DNA of 54,022 nucleotides, filler included, from Catajapyx aquilonaris (taxonomy: Eukaryota), in NCBI GenBank assembly GCA_000934665.2. It is 3 parts of 3 records of this genome, joined end to end, with 100 filler letters (N's around TTAATTAATTAA, not from the genome) between each part and the next. Parts side by side here need not be neighbours in the genome. Positions count along the whole stretch, not along the records: positions 18,055 to 35,970 come from KZ539599.1; positions 36,071 to 54,022 come from JYFJ02006822.1; 1 more part is not named here. One strand, written 5' to 3'. Of the stretch, positions 26,886 through 38,864 are shown piece after piece. Position numbers and translations under genes: made by a program. Position 1 is the first letter of the stretch. Every line of letters begins with the position of its first letter. The notes beneath the pieces are model-generated. The model ran no database searches and was not told the DNA's origin. It saw only the letters and a list, made by a program, of their open reading frames with translations.

Positions 26886-29800
26886 TTAAGTCGGAGGCTT
26901 CCATGTACTTCGGTTATTAGTATAATTTTTGAACAGCGATTATCTTGCAGGTAAGTGTTGACGATTGGTCGGAGGTGTCGATGCGATGGTGTCGGTTTGT
27001 CAATTAGGGGACCGGTTGAAGAATCGTGGGTTTCCGGTCCATTTGCAGGGGGGCCTTTGGCGAGAAGCAGTGCCAAGCTTTTGCTGGTCCTGCGTTTTGG
27101 CCCAGTGGAGAGAGGCTTCTGCTGCCTCCGTGACGTTATCGATTCCGCCAAAGAGCGCCGGATGTATGTGAGTGATTTTAAAAGCGACCCAATCTGACAT
27201 CTCCGAAGATGGCGGGCGACGAGAAAAGTTTGTCCTCTCGCGCTGCTGCCAGGCTTCTGAAGCGCATTTCTGATTAGCGATTTGTTTAGACGAAGTTTGG
27301 GGCCCCGCCTGTGATGTAACCGGCCAACATCCTCTATCTCTCTCTCACTCTCAAAGTTAAAGGAGAAACTTTCTCTTGCTGCTCTCACACTCGGAATTCA
27401 AATCGATGCCTCTGCAGGTTGGCGACAAAAGCGTGCAGAAAAGAGAGAAGGGGGGAGGGGCTCGCGTTATGCAAAACCTAATCTTCCGCGATGTAATAGA
27501 AATTCCTCCCACCAAATAAAGAATGGTCGCAGCAAAATGTTTTATGCAAAGCCGAAGAGATTGTCTTACCGAGAGGCCTTCTCTTCGATTATACCAATTC
27601 GTGGGAAAATTTTAACACTAATCAGAGACGTTCATGGCAATTATTCCTCTATCATCGGATTTGTGTGTGTGTGTTGTGGTTGCACTATGTATTAATAATT
27701 TTATTATATGCCAATGCCCATACTGTTCGTCACTAGCGACATATATATCTAAGGGTAAATTCAATCCGAACCTCTCACTCTCTCTTTAGTATCCTTTTTT
27801 TTCTCTCTCCGGGCAAGATATTACGTAGGCCCCCTGCGTACTGCAGGCCATGGGTTGGCGAATATATTTGCTCGATAACTCAGTCACGGGTGTTGAAAAC
27901 GCATTGGCCACGCATCCATGAGATCGGATTTTTGCCTGCTCCGGTCTCTCGGGGAATTTACTTTTCCTCTTTTTTTCCCCTCAGCCCTAAGGGCATATAT
28001 ATGCTACTGAACTAGGAGGGGGTGAGAGTGAGAGAGAGAGGGTGTGTTTACCACATCCCATTTGTAACTCAGTCAATGGCTGCCAATTTCGGGGGGGGGG
28101 GGGGTGCTGGATTCGACTCTTTCTATTTCATTTGCGGTTTACGTGCCCTTCGGCCTTATCCAGCCAAAATGTACGGAGCACACACACACCTAGCTAGTCC
28201 CACAGCTCTTATTAATGCCTACCGTGAAATTTCTGTGGCTCCTTTTCCGGGAGACTTTTCTCTCATTTCTGCTCGCTCAATTTTCCGCGAGACCCTTGAA
28301 AACTTTCAGTCTTTCCATAAAAGGCTATACGTTCGGAATAATTATTCGCAGGTTCTATTCTGCCGGCTGAAAGGACGGGTCTAGAAACGTATTCATCTAG
28401 AGGAGGGGGTGGAAAGGACTCTTATTGAATTAAGCTGGAGTATAATCGTCATTTCGATTTGGGTAGGGGAGAACGCGTTTAATGAGCAATGTGAGTGGGC
28501 GATTTTTTTTGATCTTTTTATATATATTAAAAAATGGGGTGCCATTTTCATCTTTTTTGGAGAGACAAAAGTTTTGGGGAGAATGTCCATTTTGAATTAA
28601 TGTGATCGTGAAAATCGGAGGGTCGAAATTTCAGTATGGTCATTGTTTGATAGGTGCAAAGTGAATCTACCGTATATTGCTATAATGCGATTTTCACAAC
28701 TATTAGTCGTCTCGGTTATACGTCATTTCGATTTAATGGCGTAGTTTAGGACCAGTCGTATATGAACCCAAGTAAAGGGAACATATCCGTTAGGTCTATA
28801 GAGTAAAAATTGTTGACATTTCACTAATAACGGAACTTTAATCTCATATTAATAATTGAGATCTAGTAAGCTTGATTGCATAAACTTTTTAAAGTTAAAA
28901 TGTCGCATTTTTCCAACATAAAATGCTGCATGACTTATATTTTGTGTTGTATATTGTTACTGAGCTTATTGTTATTTTTCCTGTTGAGGTACTACTGTAT
29001 GTAAATTTTGTGGTGATTTTTTATTTTCGTGTTTGTTATTATGAATCTGTTATTCTGTTTATACTCTTGCATTTTAAATAATATTGTTTCTTTTGGTCAT
29101 TCAATGGCATGAATACCACCTGGAACTTTACTGTACGCTACTGTACGCTAATTAAAATAATAAATCCAGGTACATGCAAATTATTTATCCAAATTATTGA
29201 ATTATTCATAAGTGAAAAATTTCTATCCAATAATTACGTACGAGGACTGCAAAACCTTAAATTCATATATGCGAGTGAAGAGACGACAAAATAATGCCAT
29301 TCATGCGAAAATTCTTGCTCGAATAATTAGATCTGCTGATGCAAAATTCTGCATGGAAATAGCGTCAGCAACGAGGAAATTATGTCAATCAGCACCTAAA
29401 TTCGATTTAGCCTGGTTATTTTTTTTGCACTGACATAATCGCAAAATTAATTGTGCCAGAGTCTTGAGTCCCCCTCCTAAATTCATGGAATCGAGCAAGA
29501 AATTTATTCACTTGTTGACAAATGGATCTGATTATTTGCGCGCAAAACGCTTGTTTTTTTTCCTCTCTCTCTCTCTCCCTCTCCGTTCTCTCTCTCTCTG
29601 GTTGGCAAATATTGGCAGTCGATTTGTCAAGCCAATGAGGCGCAATGTTTTAGCGCCTACAGGTCTGCCTGTAAGTAGTCTGCAAATGAATTGAGGTTGA
29701 TTCCCAGGCACCCCCCGGCAGCGGGCGTTTCGCTGCTGATTGTTCCGCGTGTAAATGAAACCGACTCGGCCACCCGGGGTGACTCCATCAATACATCAGG

Positions 29801-30543
29801 ATTATTGACCAGCATTGTTCCACCAAAATACCAATTGCAAGCGGAAATGCGTGCCCCGCCGATATTGCCAGAGACTCCCAGGGCCCCCTTTTTTAGGAGG
29901 AGGTAAAACATCTATATTGGTCTGGTTTGAAGCGGGTATTGTCTGATGTCTATTTGTATATTGGACATTTTTTTATGCAAGCCACACAGATTTCTGGATA
30001 CGCCACTGACTGTGAGATCGATCTAGACTCACTTCATAATTTTGCAGCTGGTCAGAAATTAAGAGATTACCTGCTGGTCCCATTTTACAGTATTGATGTC
30101 GCCTGGAATTCCTCTGGAGTCCTTGCATAATTTAATGTTCTGAGTTGGAGGGACCTAACGACTTCAATATGCCCACTGGCAGTGCCTGGGATGACGTCCG
30201 ACCGCATAAAGCGTGCGTGGCGTCCTGATTCAATTTTTAAAAACTGAGTGACACGACTCGCTACACGTTCGGAACGTTAGCCGAGTCCGGACCCATTTCT
30301 AGCACACACACACACAGAGACCAGAGGAACGCAGAGTCTCATCCCATGCTAATTGGCTGTCGCTCATTTGCCACATTTTCCCACCAAGCTTTGGCGCCTG
30401 GCCCCCCCTCTCCGTTTCAGAAATAATCACTCTGATGAATAAGTTATGTGGACGTATACCGTTCTCCATTATGCACGGGGGAATCAACCCAATCCTTCCT
30501 GAGGGGTCGTCACTGTTACAGCTCCTGACATGGGGGGTGGGGG

Positions 30544-30700
30544 GGTCACCTGGTAACCCTGCAGACTTCCAACTGACGTCATCAAAAATGGCGGCCACTT
30601 GGTAACCCTGTGTACTTCCTGACGTCATCAAATATGGCGGACAGAGGTCACCTGGTAACGCTGCAGACTTCCTGACGTTATCAAAATATGACAGGCCACT
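30544..30700. repeat. Three ~50-bp tandem units, each with GGTAAC, ACTTCC, TGACGTCA and AAAATGGCG-like motifs
   Basis: CAC(C/T)TGGTAAC(C/G)CTG...ACTTCC(AAC)TGACGT(C/T)ATCAAA(A/T)ATG read three times. Confidence 0.8.
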
Positions 30701-33063
30701 TTTGATATAACTTTACAGCCTGATTGTTTGTATCACCCTGTGGTTGCTGTGTTTGTTGGGTTTTAGGGGCGTTCCTGTGCCTTTTGGCTGGGCGATCTGC
30801 GGTTGCTCGCTTCCCATTACTCGGCTTTCCGCTCGGCTGGCTTCGGACTAGGCCGCCAATCCAACCTACTTGTGTACCCACTGCGTCAGACTTCCTTCCT
30901 TAGACCTTCTCCATGCCAGCCAACATGCTCTGCTCTATTCGCTTCTCCCCCATCAGGACAATAATAATTATCCCAATGGAGACAAACTCTTCAGGCCAAA
31001 ACCTACTCCCTTGCCGGTTGGAAATGTAGGAACCAGGCAGAAGGGACTTGTCCGGTGGCAGCGTCTCCGCGGGTCTGATAATCTGCCAACCGGAAGTTTG
31101 ATTCGGCGAAAGTGCAACGTTTGGAGAGAGAGGGGGGGGGGGGGAGAGAAGTGACCTAGATTTTCGCAAACTCAGTTTCTGGCGTGTAGTAACGTTGTCA
31201 AGATAGCTTGTACCGAGGGAGGAACCCGAGTGGAGAAGTGCTGAACATACTCGGACTACAATAAAAAAGATAGTTAAGAGCCAGTCGATAAGAAGGGGAC
31301 ACAATCCGATTTGGCGAGACGCAATGGTTAGCCTGAAAATTATCCCCAATAACAAATCGCGAAATGTTTCGAATACTTATGCAACAATCAGCACTTTAAA
31401 TAATGTGAAGCCGGTAGAACGTGAACTATTCTCGAGACCTCATTGTTTTCTGGAATTTGTTAACATATAGGCCTACTATACATACTGTGCAGGATTCTCT
31501 ACTAAAATTGAAAGCAGTTTCGCCTGGAGGATTTCAGGGTAAATAAGTGATGTCTGCAACTTCAAATCTGTATGTGAAATGCAAAAGCATTACTGTACCT
31601 TTTATACTACCTGAAGGTACAAAATTTTGCGCCAGAGAGTGCGGATAAAATGGCAAAAAAGTACACTTTTAATACGGAATAATACACTTTCAGTTTTTTC
31701 ACCCCCAGAAATGAGGTGCTGGCGAACTGTGCATATTTGCACCTACTGTGCAATAATCAACATTTTAATAAATATTCCAACACTATATATAGTTGATCTA
31801 CTGAAATATTGAGCGTGTCTACTGCGAACAGTGACAGTCGCACTATTTTCGTACGACATTTCTGAATAACTTATGCCGAAAAATGACATCTCGTCACACA
31901 CTTTTTCGTCCGGACTCTTGACAAACGCCACTCTTCCTCCCCAAACTTTTTGGTCACATCTCCGGAATCGCCCCACCCAATTTATTCATGACCGTCTTAT
32001 CGACACTCCTCTCTTTGCTAATACCGTCGGTGCTTTTTCCCAAGGCCCGGTTGGCAAGCAGACGTGTTTTCTTGAGCCTTTCTGGCAGCCGAATCGCATG
32101 CAAACAAGCCCTTTTTCAAAAAACCCGGATCCTGATGCGAGCTGAGAGTGGCGACAAAACCACGCAAACTGTCCAGTCAAAATCTGTCTGAATTGTTGTT
32201 GTCAGCCACCATAAGTCATCATAAGCAATCCTAATGGGATCCCGGATAAAAAAAAATATCCGCAATAAAAGTCCGGACGCCTCCCAACTTGTCAACCTCT
32301 GGCGGGGGGAAAAAAATATGAGTGTTAGTTCCAACGCTGCAAATTCGCGATTTTTTTTTTTTTGGCACTGAGCCTGTATGTTTCGGGATCAAAGTCGTGA
32401 CCAGCTAACGAGGGAGACAGTGACCGCGACTAGTTGGTCGCGATGCCAATTTCCCCCCGCACTCCTCTGCTGCACTGATAAATCCGGATTCATTACTGCG
32501 ACTTCTGCACCCTTTCCCCCCCAGCTCTATTCTAATTTTGAGCATATCTATTGATCCTGCTCAGAGATGAGCTAATGCCGCTGCTTTTGACCAGGGCTTG
32601 CTAATTCATTTTTTTTATTTTTTTTTGAAGAGCAGTTGTAGCCGCTTTTTTGGGTTCTGGGTCTTGCTCATTTGCAGCTGCCGCTGCCAGTAATTTAGGT
32701 GATAAATCCTGGGCATTCCATTTGTAACGTGCCTCTCTGTTGGCGATGGATATTGTTGTGGCATAATCTACAAGATGTGCTGTACATTTTAAAAATTAAC
32801 TGAATAATCTGTAACGAGTCTTATTAGAAGGTATAGGATCAGTTATTTTTTTTAATCCAGCGGCTTCCCTCTTTTTGATGGATTTTTTTTGCTTATAGGA
32901 TGAAGCGAGAAAATTCCTGAAAGCCTCCAACCAAAGGGGAAAGAACCAGTCGATGTGGAAAATTCCTCCAAATCTGGGGGACTTAGACCCTCCCGAGATA
33001 GTGAGATTGGCCTCAGGGGCGTGCCTTTAAATAGTTGACGAAAATCATAAATATTGTAAGACA

Positions 33064-33486
33064 CAACGAAAATATGGCAAATAAACTGCAAACCCCTAGT
33101 TAATACTGTAGATTTTTTTGGTGGGGATAATCTGTATACTGTAGACCTGTACAGATAATTTTAAACGAAATTTGGCCTACTTACGAGTTTCGAGCAGCCC
33201 TCAAGCACTGAGTTTTTGCATCCAACTTTTTGAAAATGAAATCCTCAAAGAAAACAACTTATAGTTTCATATCGGCATAATGCAACGAAAATATGGCAAA
33301 TAAACTGCAAATCGCAAATCCTGTAGATTTCAGATAATGTGTTTACTGTAGACATATGAACATTTTTTTAAGCAAAAATTGGCCTACTTGCGAGTTTCGA
33401 GAAGTAAAAAAAAAGGACGCCCTCAAGAAATGAGCTTTTGCATCCAACTTTACAAATGAAGTCCTCAAAAAAAACTTGTAGCTTCT
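33064..33486. repeat. Imperfect tandem duplication of a ~210-220-bp unit
   Basis: CAACGAAAATATGGCAAATAAACTGCAAA...TTGGCCTACTT.CGAGTTTCGAG...TTTTGCATCCAACTTT...TCCTCAAA occurs from 33064 and again from 33283. Confidence 0.8.
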
Positions 33487-35536
33487 GCGAATGATGCGAA
33501 ACTTTTCAGAGAAAATCTATACATGCAAAAGTTGGATTTTTCTTCCTTACCTTCCTGAAAAATATTTTTTACTTCCATCATCATAATCATGACTTCGGTG
33601 GCAGCCATTGGCACTTGCGCTGGTCAGAGAGCAATGGTAATAACAGCATATAAGTCAGTCTAATGGGAAAGTGGGGGGAAGGCGGGCGGTTTTATTTTTT
33701 TATTTGGGGGGGGGGGGGGGAGCAAACCGGNCAATTCCCGTGGGCCAATATCCATCGCATTTCGTGGGGAGCTCGGCGGTCCACTTTAAACTCGGGACCA
33801 TTCCTCATTCAGAGGCACATGGGACGGGTTTTTTCCAGTTTTTATAAGGGGTCAGTATATGTACAGGGTGAGTCAAAAAAAGGCCAAAACAGGTTTAAAC
33901 TATGAAGAAGAACTTGTCATACTGGAAATGATACTCCAATATGACAAATTTTTGCGAGCAGTCACTGTAATGTGGCAGTTCATTGACATGTTTACATCGA
34001 AGCAAACTTCTAGCAAAAAAATTTTTTTTTTTGAAATCTAATAACTTGATCCGTCTCTATCTACGCCGTTAGACTAATTAGACCGCCTTCTTCAGACGGA
34101 AGCTTATCGACTTAATTTCCTAAGCAGTTGCTTTATCCACTTACTGCTTTTTACATATAGACCACTTCAATTTAATATCTGAATTCGTGTCATCTTGAGT
34201 TTCCACTTCAGTGATTTCCAGAGAATTTCTAGAAGGATTATCTCCTAACTGTTCGGAGCAACCCGCAAGTACATGTTATGCAGGGAAGCTTGACATTCAG
34301 GATGTCCCCTTATCCTGGTGTGGGTGTATTATGTGTGTGTGTGTGTGTGGCTTGCGATTTATTCGTGTTGACACCCCATGAGCTTTTACAGGCCGAGAAC
34401 AAAGGTCTAGGGGTGTTTTATAGCCTGCTTTTAGACCCTTCATTTTGACCCTCATTTCATTCTAAAAATGGTTAAGGACGTTTTTATTGTCACTTTCTGC
34501 GGGGCATTCATTACGATGCTTTGTTCCCCTTATAATGAGTATTCGGTCCTTCTTTATTGCAAATTCTGGTACAGGGTGACTCCAGGTTTTAATAAGGAGT
34601 CAATCAGCCTATCGCTTTCAAAAGCAATCCAGTCAACACTGTACAATGTACAGTTTATACACCGAACTGTGGTGATGGAAACATGTATACATGTTTCCAT
34701 CACCACGGTTCGGTTCTAGGGTTTCCCTCGGATTTCGGATTGAAATTCCTCCTGCGGGTTACATCCACGTGGGAATCACGAGCAAGTGACGTGCCCTGTC
34801 TTTTATTTCTCTTTCCGGAGAGAGATCGATGTGATGGGGAGGATTGGAAGAAAATCATTCAGACCTTCCTTCCCCCCTCCCACACGATCCATCCGTCCAT
34901 CCATCCCTCGGAGGAGAAACTTTAATTAAGGTTTAATATCGGATCTAGACTAAAGGGAGGGGGGGGGGGCTGGAGGAGAGATTCTGTCCCGGTGGAAAAT
35001 TAAAAGTGAAGAGGAAAAGTGCCTGGAGGTTCCATGTGAAGCGGGAGCTCGCATTAAAATTCTGTCCGATTCCAGACATTAATAACACAAGACTTGTAAT
35101 GACACAAGTAAGGCCCACCCACCAAATTCCTGGGACCTGATGTTAATGCCAACGCCTTTTCCCTAGTTAATTCCTTGAAGAATAAGATGGAGGCGATAAA
35201 AGAAAATAATGTAAGGCACGGTGAGTAAAACGATCGGATAATTCGTTTTATGTCCTAGGCAGCTGCTCATTTAATTTTTGGGCTGAGATTGTCGTTTAAA
35301 TGTGATTTTCATGCCACGGATTTTGGTCACTGTAAGAGCTGGCTCGTTTTGTGTCATTAGCTGACTATTTAAAGTTATTTTTTAAACCAACTCAACCGTG
35401 TGCGCACCACAGTTCGCGCAGCGTGGACGGTTGAAATTATCAACGATATCTTGTAAGCTCTCTGTGCACTTGTTTCCAACCCTACACTTGGGGGAAGAAA
35501 ATGGCCGACGTTTGCGATGTTGCCAAGGCTCTGGTA

Positions 35537-35593
35537 CAGTGGTGGAAATTAATGAATATCAACAAGTATCGCCGCCTGGCGGAGCTTTTCCTT
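35537..35593. mobile_element. 57-bp TA-flanked mini-element, second copy in IR-G intron
   Basis: TA|CAGTGGTGGAAATTAATG...CAAGTATCGCCGCCTGGCGGAGCTTTTCCTT|TA; its reverse complement aligns end to end with 53303-53359. Confidence 0.7.
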
Positions 35594-35721
35594 TACATGA
35601 AGCTGCTTCATGCTTGTGGATCTCAGAGGCTACGAGTATGGCTCCTAGCACCTAACTAGAAAAACTTTGACCAGGGAGCATATACTGCATAAGAGGTGCA
35701 AACATTCGATTTCCGCGTCTC

Positions 35722-35970
35722 TCTGTTTATGGCGTTGCCAAGGCTGGCGGCCATTTTGAAGTGTGTGGAACGCCAATGAGGTATAAATAGGGTACAGGCA
35801 AAAATAGGGTCCGCCATCTTTGATTCGCGCGTGTTCTTGCCGTGTAGTTGCCATGACCGTCAAAACCATCAAAGATAGCGGACCCTATTTTTGACTGTAC
35901 CCTATTTATACCTCGTTGGCGTTCCACACACTTCATAATGGCCGCCAGCCTTGGCAACGCCATAAACAGA
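35722..35970. mobile_element. Palindromic MITE truncated by the end of the piece
   Basis: ~100-bp arms TCTGTTTATGGCGTTGCCAAGGCTGGCGGCCAT... and ...ATGGCCGCCAGCCTTGGCAACGCCATAAACAGA; the right arm runs into the spacer, so true termini are unknown. Confidence 0.85.
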
Positions 35971-36070
35971 NNNNNNNNNNNNNNNNNNNNNNNNNNNNNN
36001 NNNNNNNNNNNNNNTTAATTAATTAANNNNNNNNNNNNNNNNNNNNNNNNNNNNNNNNNNNNNNNNNNNN
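35971..36070. other. Artificial 100-nt spacer between sequence pieces
   Basis: 44 N + TTAATTAATTAA + 44 N. Confidence 0.95.
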
Positions 36071-36533
36071 ATTTAAATGATTTGATTCCAATTTAATGGA
36101 TTTTATTCCAATTTAATGGATTTTATTCCAATTTAATGGATTTAAATCCAATTTAATGAATTTAATTCCAATTTAATGGATTTGATTCCAATTTAATGGA
36201 TTTAATTCCAATTTAATGGATTTAAATCCAATTTAATAAATTTAAATCCAATTTAATGGATTTAATTCCAATTTAATGGATTTAATTCCAATTTAATGGA
36301 TTTAAATCAAATTTAATGAATTTAATTCCAATTTAATGGATTTAATTCCAATTTAATGGATTTAAATCCAATTTAATGAATTTAATTCCAATTTAATGGA
36401 TTTAAATCCAATTTAATGGATTTAATTCCAATTTAATGGATTTAATTCCAATTTAATGGATTTAAATCCAATTTAATGAATTTAAATCCTATTTAATGAA
36501 TTTAATTCCAATTTAATGGATTTAATTCCAATT
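36071..36533. repeat. AT-rich 20-bp minisatellite (~23 units)
   Basis: ATTTAATGGA-TTTAATTCCA repeated with point variants, starting at the piece edge. Confidence 0.92.
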
Positions 36534-37106
36534 CGCATGATGTTATTCAATTTTATTTATAAGTGCATTTGGTATTGTAGCTAAAATGTAAATATAATTA
36601 TTTTATTTGGTATATAAAATGTAAATGTAATTATTTTATTTGGTATATAATCTGATAATACCTTACCCCTACCCTTATTATTGCAATTTTTATTATTGTG
36701 TTACACAAATCATTTTTATTCGTGTGTCTATTATTTCGGTATATTTATGTATTTATTTATTATTTTGTTACATCAATATTTTAAGGGCGATAGCCGTAAC
36801 ATAGCGTTTCAACAATGAATTTTTCCTATTTCTCTATACTGTACACTTTACTATTAATGATTTATTCCTTTTATTACCTGTTGTGATTAATGATAACAAT
36901 TATTTTACGATTAATAATATTGTCGCAGGTGTCATTATATTTATACGTAATTGACTAGGAACGTCTGTCTATGTGTTTGTCCGGGGTGAGTCATCAGCGT
37001 GCAGCCCTCACGATGAGTGGCAGGAGTGTGCAGAGAGGGACGATGCGCCATCTATGTGATGGGTATGGTTATACACGAACATTTTTCATGTACCTTTTCA
37101 ACGCAG

Positions 37107-38744
37107 GTACTACTCCGCCGGTCATCAGCATCATCGCCTGCTGGAATCCGTGTTTGCAGACACGACCGACAACTTCCACGGCAAGGTCCTGCACGGTGTG
37201 GGTCCCGTGGACTTAACCAGCGACGACTGTACCGGCGGCGGGTTCGTCCGGGTGAGGCTCTTCCACATGTGCGTGCTTCAACAGGCACTCAACTTCAGCT
37301 GGACACTGTCCGGCAGGAAGGGGACGGTCACTCAGGACATACTGGAACCGATGTTCAAACGGGACATCGACTTCTGTCCGTTCTTTACCCACGCGTACCC
37401 CTTGCATCGGAGGCTTGATTTCACAGGGTACATCGACTTCGGCCGGTACACGTTCGTCATCCGGAAGCCCCGTGACACCACCACGTCCTTGACCTTCTTC
37501 AGCACGTACCAGACGGTCTGCTGGGTACTGATCGCCGTGTCCCTTCTGTTGACATCAGCCGTCTTGACACTGATGGATTCAGACATGTGCAGGTACCACA
37601 CTCTAAGAAATGTCCGGGTTAAATGTATTTATCCCGGAAAAACAATCACTTTTGTCATGGTTATTTAACCCGGACATTTCTTAGTCATGGTTATTTACCC
37701 CGGACATTTCTTAGTCATGGATATTTAACCCGGACATTTCTTAGTCATGGTTATTTAACCCGGACATTTCTTAGAATGTATACACTCTAACTAATGTCCG
37801 AGTTAAATAACCATGACTAAGAAATGTCCGGGTTAAATAACCATGACAAAAGTGATCTTTTTTCCGGGATAAATACATTTAACCCGGACATTTCTTAGAG
37901 TGCATATACGAGCGCAACCGAGTGCGTACCAACACCAAAAAATGTAAGGTACAGTGTGACTTAATTTTTCAGGTACGGGTACTTTCGGCACGTCGGACAA
38001 CTGGGTGCCATCTTGGTCGAGCAGTTCTCAGCAGCACCTCCTGTCCGTTCGTCGTCTCGTCTGCTCCTTGTCTTCTGGACCGCCTTCTGCTTCTATGTAG
38101 GCGTCGGATACAAGTCGAACGCACTGTCCCTTCTGTTCTACCCTGGAAAGGAGGCGGTACCGCACACCACACACGACCTGGTCAACTCCCGCTTCAGGTT
38201 GTACTACCACAAGGGCGCGAGAGACGACATCAAAATAGTGGACGCGTCTCTTCATCACGCCGATCTGATGGCCGTGTTCAACAAAGGGATTGGATTGGAC
38301 GGCAACAATTACACCGAGTGCATTGTTAAGGTACTGGAAGGTGACAATGCTTGTGTCGAGAGTGTGATGAGGATGGAACCGGTTCTGGACACGGACCTGG
38401 AGGACGTCCAGGATGAAATGATGATATCGGAGGACTCGTTCAGATGGTACACATTCGGTATGCTGTTTCCTAAGGACAGCCTGTACACCCAGAGCTTCGA
38501 CAGGAAGATGCGTCTTGTCATTTGCATGGGGTTGAAACAGCGGTACGTCAGCCTGTTACGGCACAATCAGGCATTGAGCAGACGTAACAAACACAAAATT
38601 GTTGACCATTGTGAAAGTATGCGCAAACTCACGTTCAGTTCGTTAGAAGACGCTTTTGCCATACTTGGGTTCGGTATGCTGACCGGTACCACGGTCTTAG
38701 GCTTAGAAATTGCACTTAGCTGTCGAAAAATGAACGACCGGTAA
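37107..38744 (+). CDS. Divergent ionotropic receptor IR-A, 5'-incomplete (exons 37107-37592 and 37973-38744)
   Basis: S1 end (DFTGYIDFGRYTFVIRKP), M1 helix, pore/M2 (GYKSNALSLL, a SYTANL analogue), S2 (FPKDSLYTQSFDRKM) and M3 (LEDAFAILGFG). Phase-2 GT-AG intron 37593-37972 joins the two ORFs in frame. N-terminal exons not found. Confidence 0.85.
37599..37902. mobile_element. CMC/CACTA-like foldback element (304 bp) in the IR-A intron
   Basis: CA|CACTCTAAGAAATGTCCGGGTTAAATGTATTTATCCCGGAAAA...TTTTCCGGGATAAATACATTTAACCCGGACATTTCTTAGAGTG|CA, with internal 30-bp tandem units TTAGTCATGGTTATTTAACCCGGACATTTC. Superfamily assignment is inferred from CAC/GTG ends and a 2-bp TSD. Confidence 0.8.
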
Positions 38745-38864
38745 AAGGTTGTGCTACATTTATTATAATTATGATATGTACATATTATTGACATTTCATT
38801 CAATGAAGATATCAAGTGTGTTGCAATGAGTGTTCTGTACACCACAATAAAATTGCTTCACTGT

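Noticed and set aside
26825..27388. 187-aa minus-strand ORF
   Set aside because: Non-ATG start, no domain similarity I recognise, and it ends inside a MITE.
18055..35970. Known microRNA or Hox-cluster ncRNA
   Set aside because: I found no match by eye to mature sequences I recall (for example mir-10, mir-iab-4, let-7); an Rfam/miRBase scan would be needed to exclude others.
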